Source: Convolutriloba macropyga (lineage: Eukaryota). Taken from it: 64,000 bases of DNA. A program made the position numbers and the translations under genes. Positions 41,001-50,000 of this stretch are shown in pieces. The notes beneath the pieces are model-generated. The model saw nothing but the letters and a program-made list of their open reading frames with translations. It had not been told where the DNA came from and made no database searches. The DNA lies in the NCBI RefSeq assembly GCF_964194025.1, contig NC_134479.1, positions 25,358,001-25,422,000 of the forward strand, read 5' to 3'. Position 1 is the stretch's first letter. Each line of letters starts with the position of its first letter.

Positions 41001-44000
41001 TTTAATTTTTTTTATTATTCGAAATATTTTTTTTAAATCTTTTCTCTCATGAGTCGCAATTAATTTAATGTAGTACTTATTTTATAAACACCGCAAATTA
41101 TTCAAATGTAACGCCTCCTCTTCTTATTTTTAATTTCTTACCAATTTATTTTTTTTACTTCTGACCAAAAAAAAAATTACTCGTGAGTCATAACTCGTGA
41201 GCACTATTATTGACCAATCTATTCCCAACCTTTATCAACAAAAATTAACATCCCACCTTGTTATCACTTCGAAGGGCACGCGATTGAAAGTCAAAATGTT
41301 AATTGCTTACACTACATACGACTGTGCAAAGTAACGACCCAAAAAACTCACGAAACATCATTTTTTTTCCAGAACAACACCAAACTAACACAGACAGGAC
41401 CCTTACCGATTGCCCAGTATCAGCAAAATAATCCTTTCAAAATACGTTGAAAGGGCACGGGCTTGAAATAATAAAACCTCAAAAAAAGAAAAAAACCTGG
41501 CAGTATAGTTCCAACCCTAAAAAAAATGTAAATTAAAGTCGAACAACTCACTTATTCCATTGAAGGATCCTTTGGAGGAAGAAACGAATACACAATATTC
41601 TCGTTCGATTGCGTTTTCGTTTCCCGTTTCCCACCCCATTTTCTTCGATTACCTCGTTTGTTATTTGTTTTCAAAATTAGACCACTATTAGCGAAACTTT
41701 GCACATGCTCAGTCACATCACTAGCACCACCAGTTGATACTTCTCTTTCTTTCGCCCAGTCTAACACTGCCTTTTTTTTATTTGATATTACAATTCTTTT
41801 TACCGCACCTTTACGCACACCATAAGCAAACGATCCCAAAGTCCGATCAACAACAACTTGATTCGATTGATCAGGCGCCTCCCAGCCCGTCACTAACGAC
41901 AAACCTTTTGTAAAAGTTAAAACAGCATGCGCACACAACGAAGGCTGGCACAACACATTATCTTTCGTCGGAATGAAAAACCAAACATCCTTTCCCAAAC
42001 CACTTGCAGAAGGACCCCTCTTAATTAAATCCATAAAATATTGCGGAGTACCCATAACATTATTAAAATCCCTTGATGTCTGATAACTTCCACAAATCAG
42101 AAACAATTTCTCACCACACGGCGTTTTCGAAACACTATCATTACCCCCAATCTCAACATGTGCCGCCGTCCACCACTCATTCCATTGTACCATGGCATCT
42201 CTCCTTACACCAGTAAAACCATCAGGCAAAACACCACTCATCAAACCATCCACACAAAACGTCAAACCTATTGAATTACACAAACCAGAATACGACCCAA
42301 CTTCTTGATACAACCTGCTATCACCAATCTCCAACTTTAATTTACTAACATAATTATACACATCGCCCTGATCTCTACAGCCCCGGAACCCTTCTGCTAA
42401 ACTTTCTTGTAATCCCACAATTTCTTCATTATTTATTGCCAATGGTACCTTTGGCCAACCATTCTCTCCAACCAGTCCCCCTCTAATTTCTTACCAATTT
42501 ATTTTTTTTACTTCTGACCAAAAAAAATTACTCGTGAGTCATAACTCGTGAGCACTATTATTGACCAATCTATTCCCAACCTTTATCAACAAAAATTAAC
42601 ATCCCACCTTGTTATCACTTCGAAGGGCACGCGATTGAAAGTCAAAATGTTAATTGCCTTTCAATCGCGTGCCCTTCAATTGCCTTTCAATTGCCTTTCA
42701 ATCGACTGTTTCCACTTCTTTCCATCCGAGACTTACTAATTTTTTCCGATCGTAGTACTGATGTTTGAACTCCTTCATTTCGATTAGCAAATCTTGTCTG
42801 CCTCGTGTCGTTCTAAACACGATAATTCTGTAACGATAAACACGATAAACACAAAAAAAATTTAATGCTAGCCTATGAAATCCTAAATTGTTATAAGTAA
42901 TTAACGAACCTTTTAGTGTCCATACTTTGATAAAATACAATATCCCGTCTCTTCGTTATTACAATCGTTTTTGCAAAGCTTCGATAAAAGATCCAACAGT
43001 CGATGAATAACGCCGCTATTAAAGTTTGACCTCTTCGCAGTAAACGTATTCTGAATAACTTTATCACTAGAGCAGTCAATCACACTGTTCTCAATTTACT
43101 TTCCTCCAAAACTTCCATTAGTGACTGTCAATTACTGCCATACCGAGGGAATTACTTCCGAAAACTCCATTAGTGACTGTCAATTACTGCCATGTCGAGG
43201 GATTTACTTCATTACTTTACTCCCCTCACAACGTGGAGCAAATGGAACTGCCACACTTGACAGATCACTACTACATTAATCTTCCTGGGAAAAATGCAAA
43301 TAAACCCGAAGAGATTATCAAACAACTGTCTCACTGATACAAAATCTAATGAACGGCCTCCCACTCTAACCTTACTCAGAAGAAAAAGAAACTATTCATC
43401 ACTTTATCTATTCAGTTCCACTTTTATTTTTAACAGCGAAGAAAACGGCAGCGAAGTAAACAAAACAAATGAACTATCAGCCTGACCCCCCACAACTCTT
43501 CTCCTTCGACGGGCGGCTCGCCCTGCTAATAAAAATGGGCATACTAGAGACGCCCATTTACCGCACTTACGTGCAAATTACATACGTTTGGCAGGGCGAG
43601 CCCACGAACCTGGACGTACTGAGAAAAACAGCCCTCATACCAAGACGAAGCAGACTTATGCCTCACTTAAGGAGAGTTGTGGGCGGTCAGGAGGCCCTAA
43701 ATCTACAAATCGAGCCTCACCACTACGTAATCAGACATTTTTAATCTATTTTTGTACAAAACTGCACGCCTTTATTTTTCTAATGCATGCTTACTACGCC
43801 TGCCACGACCAACACGAACATCATTGAAAGACTTGGCAAGAATCGAGGACACAAACCACCAATCCCTCCATCACCAACTGGACAAATATGGCTCCGATAT
43901 GGCACGAAACTCACATCCACTTGGCCAACGCGGAATGTAGTATTCTTTTCACAACATACAGCAGTCGCGTTCCCCAGCTCAATTTCTTCGCATACATGAG

Positions 44001-47000
44001 ATGAGAAAACAAAAGGCCACAAAAGAGCAAACAGAAAGTAAACTTTCAGCATTTTGATCTGGAATACTCAATAAAAACTTAGAACAAACCACTATTGATG
44101 TTGCTTTCCATTTATACTTAATTAACCCAGTAAATCCCTTGACTTTGGCAATACCACTAATCAAGACCCACTTGGCACAGCACACTAGGCAACCCTGTTT
44201 ATAATCATAAGATTAAAGGTTCGAAACCCATCGCCTCCGCTTTTTCTGAAGAGCCGTAATGTGACGATGCTAAATTTTGATTGGTTGAAAAAGACTTTTG
44301 TAAATTCATACAGCACGCATTTATTATCTTGAAATTCATATAGACGATTCTGCTCAGTACAGTTCAGTTGCTTACTAAATTACTTGAATTGAAAACTTGT
44401 AGCAGAAAAAGAGCGTTTTTACTGAACCCGCGCTCCGAATAGCACTTAGCAAAAACTTGCTCTTAAAAGCCTTTATTAGAAAGGATATTGCAACGGTAAC
44501 TCGTCTTCATACAATATAGCACTTGGCACTAGCACCTACACAGCCGCCTCTAAAAAGATAGAAAAGGTAGAAGCAAATTAAGAAGAGAGTTATCATACCC
44601 ATTTTAGCATATAGCCCCCCCCCCCCCCCCCACCGCCCCTCCAAAGTTGGTCCGAACAATTAATGGACGTCCGTCCAAGATGTGGACAGTTTTCTGAGAT
44701 ATTAAATGGAGTGTTACTTGGAGAGGCAGATTTGACCTGTTTGACGGCGGACTTTCAGACGGTATTTCATTTAATAATTTCTGTATATTGCCATGGAGTC
44801 ATGCGCGCCTACGTATAAAAATGGTGAATTTTCAAATATTTTATAAGAATTTGGGCATATTATAAGATTCTATTATATCATTTGTATCTTAATGATTCTT
44901 CAGATCGAAAAACTCAATTATGTATTTTTATCTGACAACTTTTTCAAACCTAAAACGAACTTTTTCTGGACTGTTTAGGTCCTGGAAAAATTCAACAACA
45001 CGAACTTCGGATTCATCGATATTGTTGCCGAATCACACGTTGAGTCGGAGGCAGACGACAAGACGGCTTCGTCATCTTCGGCAACTTCAGAATCGACTGA
45101 GAGTCAAAATGGAGAGATAAAAACTGAGACAGAAGATTCCACTGAGACGTCAGGTATTGGCACTTTTTAATACTCATCTTGCAGTATCAAATTTAGTTTT
45201 AGTTGTTAAATATAACCTCCTGTCTTATATCTGAGCGCAATCATGATTACACGCGAAAGATTTCAAAGAAAAAAAGTTGAAGAAAGATTCCAAAAAAGCG
45301 GGCCGCATTGGAGCCTATAGCTGCGCAGTTGGAAACGTAGACCACATAGAAGAATTTTTGACCAACTATTCTATGCCCAACTTTCTATCCGTGTCTGTGC
45401 CAACTAACCTCGAGACAATGCATGCCATTTAATAAGTTAATTATTATGAACGTGTGTTTTGAAATTTGTTTTGAATAGTTATTGTGTTCAGGTGATGCCT
45501 CCAGCACAACTGGCAGTGATAAAAGCAGTCAGGAATCTGAGAATCTCAGTTGCGAGCCGTTCGTGTTTGCGGCAATGAAGACCAGCTCAGATTCATTCAC
45601 TCCAAAAAATATGAAAATTTTATGCAAGGTAATAAAAAGACTCAATGTTCTACCGCACTAGTAAAGTCCAATAAGTATTAATCTAACTATTCAACCTTCG
45701 GTGAATAATCGGTAGAATTTGTTGCTGAATTTTAATTTTGGGTCCTAGTGAACAAGGATAATTGGTTCTAATTATTTGGTTATATTATTTGTCTGATAAG
45801 GCTGCAATTAAGAGTAGCACGTTTTATATTGAAGAAAGATCAAATTTTGAATGTTGTGAAGGTTTATTATTATGTGATGATGATTTTTTGGTCATGAAAT
45901 CAGCAGCTCAATAGAACGCCATTTCGTTACAGGCTTTCGAGCAGGAATCTATAGAAGTTTCTAGAAGCAACACAGCATCTGCTGGGAAATTCGCATACTT
46001 TTTTGTCAAATCCTGGGATGACGTGGAGAAATTCCTGAACAAATATGGAAGCAAGTTAATTAACAACATGATGATCAATTTTGAAAAGGGGTCAAGGAAG
46101 AGCCCATTTATGCAGCAGAATTCGGCAGAACAGCAAAACAGGTAAGACTAAATTTGTTTCGCCAGTCGAGAAAAATAGGACTATATTGAAATTCGGCGAT
46201 CGATTTGACTACTTGAGAGCCGTTCAAGGCGGCTCAAAACGCGCGGTTCTCAGAAGGAAACGAGCAAAAATTAATTGATGACACAAACTTTAATCACATG
46301 GCTGACTCTAGTACTTTGCAAACCTAATTATTGCTGAATGGTAATCAAAATTGGTTTAGTAGTCCGAGAACTGTTTTGTAAACGTAATTTTGCGAATTGA
46401 TAAGCTCACAGTTAAAAAATAAAAAGTTCTCAATTGGCAGAAAAAGCCAACAGTTTTTGTGTTTAAAAGCAGCAAAGCGATAACTGGGGTTATTATTGGC
46501 CTTACAATTAGGGTGGTTTTTCTTACAATTAGGTTGCTGCCTTCTTCCGACTCGAAGATGAGTGTCGGTTTTCTTGAGATTTTTTTAAACCGGAAGTAAT
46601 ATTTGCTCACACGGCGTTTTGAACTAAAAGCGAAAATAAGTAAAATTGCAGTGTCGACCAATTTTTTCTAAGCCGGAATTTTTTCTTAATCATGTCTGGC
46701 GTTCAGTGAATGACCTATTGACTTTGAAAAGTGTTTTTCAGAGAATTGCGCATATAGATAACCGTTTTAGCCGTTTTTTTGTCCTTTTTTGCTAACTTTT
46801 TTGCTTTGTTTGGTGTTTTGTAGATGCTGATAGTTAATTTTCGATTGATGCTGCATTCAAATGTAACCATCTGAAATTAATATCACAGTATTTTTAAGAA
46901 TCTAATAAAGCGTTTCAACTGCAAAATGGCACATATTTCTCAATTACATTTAAATTTTGTTTTTGTTTATTTTTTTGGACATTTGAGAGGTCTGTTTTTA

Positions 47001-50000
47001 AAAAATCAGTGTATATGGCAGTTTCCTTAAAAAACTTTCTTAAAAAACAGTTTAATGCATTGATCGCTTCTTTTTAACGTGATGTATTTTCTGTTTTATG
47101 AAATTATTCACATACTACCCAATTTTGTATATATAGTATTTCACATACTAATCATTCAATTCCAAATGAATTCTGTGCGTGACGTCATTTTTCACTCTTA
47201 GTGGAGCGAGTTTTTGTCACATGTGACTTAAACTCTCAAAATTCACTTCCTCTCTCAGAAATTGACTTTTCTTTACTTTAATCCAAAGCGATAAGGTCAA
47301 GTAAGTGTGTGTCACTATAATTGAAGGTTTTTGGAGAGCAGCTAATTGAAGCAGCAATAAGTTAAACAGATTCTTAATAAAAATATAACACTCAGCCGCT
47401 CAGCATTTAATAAAAGGAATCTTTTACTGTGTTTCTTTTATGTTTCTTTTACTGCAGATCTACGAAGCTTTTGCGGCTATGTGCAAAAATTTATGTTGTA
47501 AATTTTTGCGGTTTTTGCAATAAATGCTTTTTTACTGATTGGAGCGGACTTCCTCTATGTGATCAGTGAATGTGGAAATTTTAATAACTCATTCGTGGGT
47601 CTCCATTTTTTGACATGACGTTTTTTTCTGTTTACAAAACTGTGTATTTACGAAATCGATTTGGCAGCTTTTGTTCATTTGTTCTAAATTTTGTCCTGTT
47701 TAGATGTGGTAAGCTTTTTTGTGCACGTCAAGGTAGGTGCATTTTGTTCTCTTGATAATTGATTTTATGGGATTAGGTTCTTGAAATTGAACAGACTGGT
47801 TTCTAAATTGTAATTTTGAAGCAATTTTTTCATATTTTTAACAGATTGCAAGTGTGGTGAAGTTGATTTTAATTTTTAATTTCATAATTTTGATGAAGTT
47901 GTCGTTTTGCTATCGTTTATTTTGGTAAGGGTGTTATTTCCTGTTGATTCGATTTTAATTCTTTTTTAATTTAAACTACTTATTTTTTCAGTAATGTTGA
48001 TTTTGTAATATGGTTGCATTCACAGTGTTCAATGAACTCCCTATCAACAAATGAGTGGTATTTACTTCAAAGCAAAAATTTCAGAGCGATTAATTGAGAG
48101 CAGTCTTTGTTATCAAAATAATTTTTGATTTGAATCGTTGCCCTTAGTTCTTTTTTGTAATTTGAATGTTGTAAGAGAATGATTTTGCAAGATTCTGCTA
48201 ATCTTTTCCCCAAAGGATTTTACTAGCGATTTATCGCTGAAATTTTAGAGATGCCGTGAAGTCAAAAGCGATATTTTCTGTTCTAATTTTTCATTAATAT
48301 CGGTTTTTGTTCCTAAAACTTTGATTTCTTTTTCCATTTTTTCCTGTGATTCCTTTCATTTTATAAGATCTTTTCCCCTCTGCTTTCCAATTGTGTCATC
48401 CTGCTCAAATTTTCAGTTCCGCTGATCTGAGTTTGAAGACTGGTTGTCTGAAGAATGTTTAGCCCGGTTTACTTTTTCAAGTTCGGCAGTTTTTGAGCGT
48501 CTAAGAATCTGTCTGTTTTCCAGCTTTACCGAAAGTAGTATCTTTTTCCATGTTTTTCTTCGTAAAAGTTTAGTGCTGTAAATCATTTTAGTAGATTTTC
48601 TGACGATGCAATGTTTTTTTGAAGTTTCACTTGCTTTGATGATGTCATTGCTAAAAATTGCTCTCCCTACAAAATGTTAATTTTAAATGTATCTCAGTTA
48701 ACAGTAGCGTGGCAGAGGTTGTTTCTTGGCAGTCAAAAATGGATTTGATTTCAATGGTATTTACTTTTGGTTCTCAAAATTGGGTTTTTGTTTGATGAGT
48801 CTCGTTCAACAATCTCAATCTTATGAATAATAATGAGCTGGAATCTTAATGAGCTGGAGCTCAATTATCTTTTCATTGGCTTTTTCGTGAGTGTGCGGTG
48901 TTTCTGTAGATTCTTCAAAATGGTCCTGTGCTTTGTGTTACTTTCGGAGGTCTTCCGGCTGTTTTTTGACTTGATGAATTTTTGGACTCCCAATTGGAGA
49001 AGTGATTTTGGTCGCGCCAAAAACGCGATTGGTTTTTTGCTACTTTTAAGCTCCGAAATTTTTCTACGGCCCCAAATTTTTCTACGGCCCCAAATTTTTC
49101 ACTTGAATTTTAAGGTAGTGAGAAAATGGCGTTTGAGCAAAAATTTACTTCGTCCAGCTGTTTTTTGGGGTAGTTTTTCTGTTTTTTACTGTTTTTTGAG
49201 TTTGATCGTGCTGAGACCTCAAGGTCTAGTGTTTTCTATGGTCAATGAACATTCTTTGAATTGTCGTTCATGAGTTGTCCTGTTATTTTCTATTTTTTCT
49301 AAGATTTTTGTTATGACCATATGACGTCAATCCCTTCAAATCTGTTTTTTGTTCATTCATTAATGCAATCTCGACTGAATTCCGTCACTATTCAATCTTA
49401 GTGAAGTAATTTTTTGTTCCCTCGCGTGATCACACTTGGCTTACCTCACTCTCAATAATGATTTCCTCACTTTCAAAATGACTTTTCCTTGCTTGAATTC
49501 TAAGAGGTAGGGTCATTTGAGCGTGTTTCAATCTTATTGATTGTTATTTGAGAGCAGCTATTAGAATATAACATCTCAGCAATTAATGAAAGGATGAGAA
49601 ATTTCTTTTTCGGTCTGTTTTTTACTATTTTTTTGAGACTGCAGATCTACGAAGCTATCGCTGCTCTGTTCTGGCAATCTGTCAACTATGTTTGCAATTC
49701 TGCTGATTTTTTTTAGAACTCTTCAACGAAATTTGACGCTGTCATTGTAGTTTTATGTCTTTTTATGCGAAGTTTTCGATCGGTTGTCTTTTCGAGTGGC
49801 TTTTCCGTCACTGAGTGCTTGCATTTTCATCATCCGAACTTCTCTTTCGTCCACAATTTTATGCAGCAGAACTCAATTGGCGACAACTTTTTTAAAGTGA
49901 GTGAAAATTGCGCCTAAATTGGTTTAGTTTAGACCTTAATAATAGTGATCTATGATAATCTCAAATAACGAAATTTGAAGAGCATCGGTAATTTCAACGT

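Larger units (their letters stand above)
28449..44597 (+). mobile_element. Gypsy/Ty3-type LTR retrotransposon with env and a large 3' accessory region, 16149 bp, decayed copy
   Basis: Two 338-bp LTRs and a 5-bp TSD CCCAT (28444-28448 and 44598-44602). Domain order is gag-PR-RT-RH-IN-env. Confidence 0.97.

Noticed and set aside
43111-43130. Partial complementarity of the 51-bp repeat to the U5/PBS junction (self-priming idea)
   Set aside because: About 15 of 20 positions with a gap in AT-rich sequence; not distinguishable from chance.
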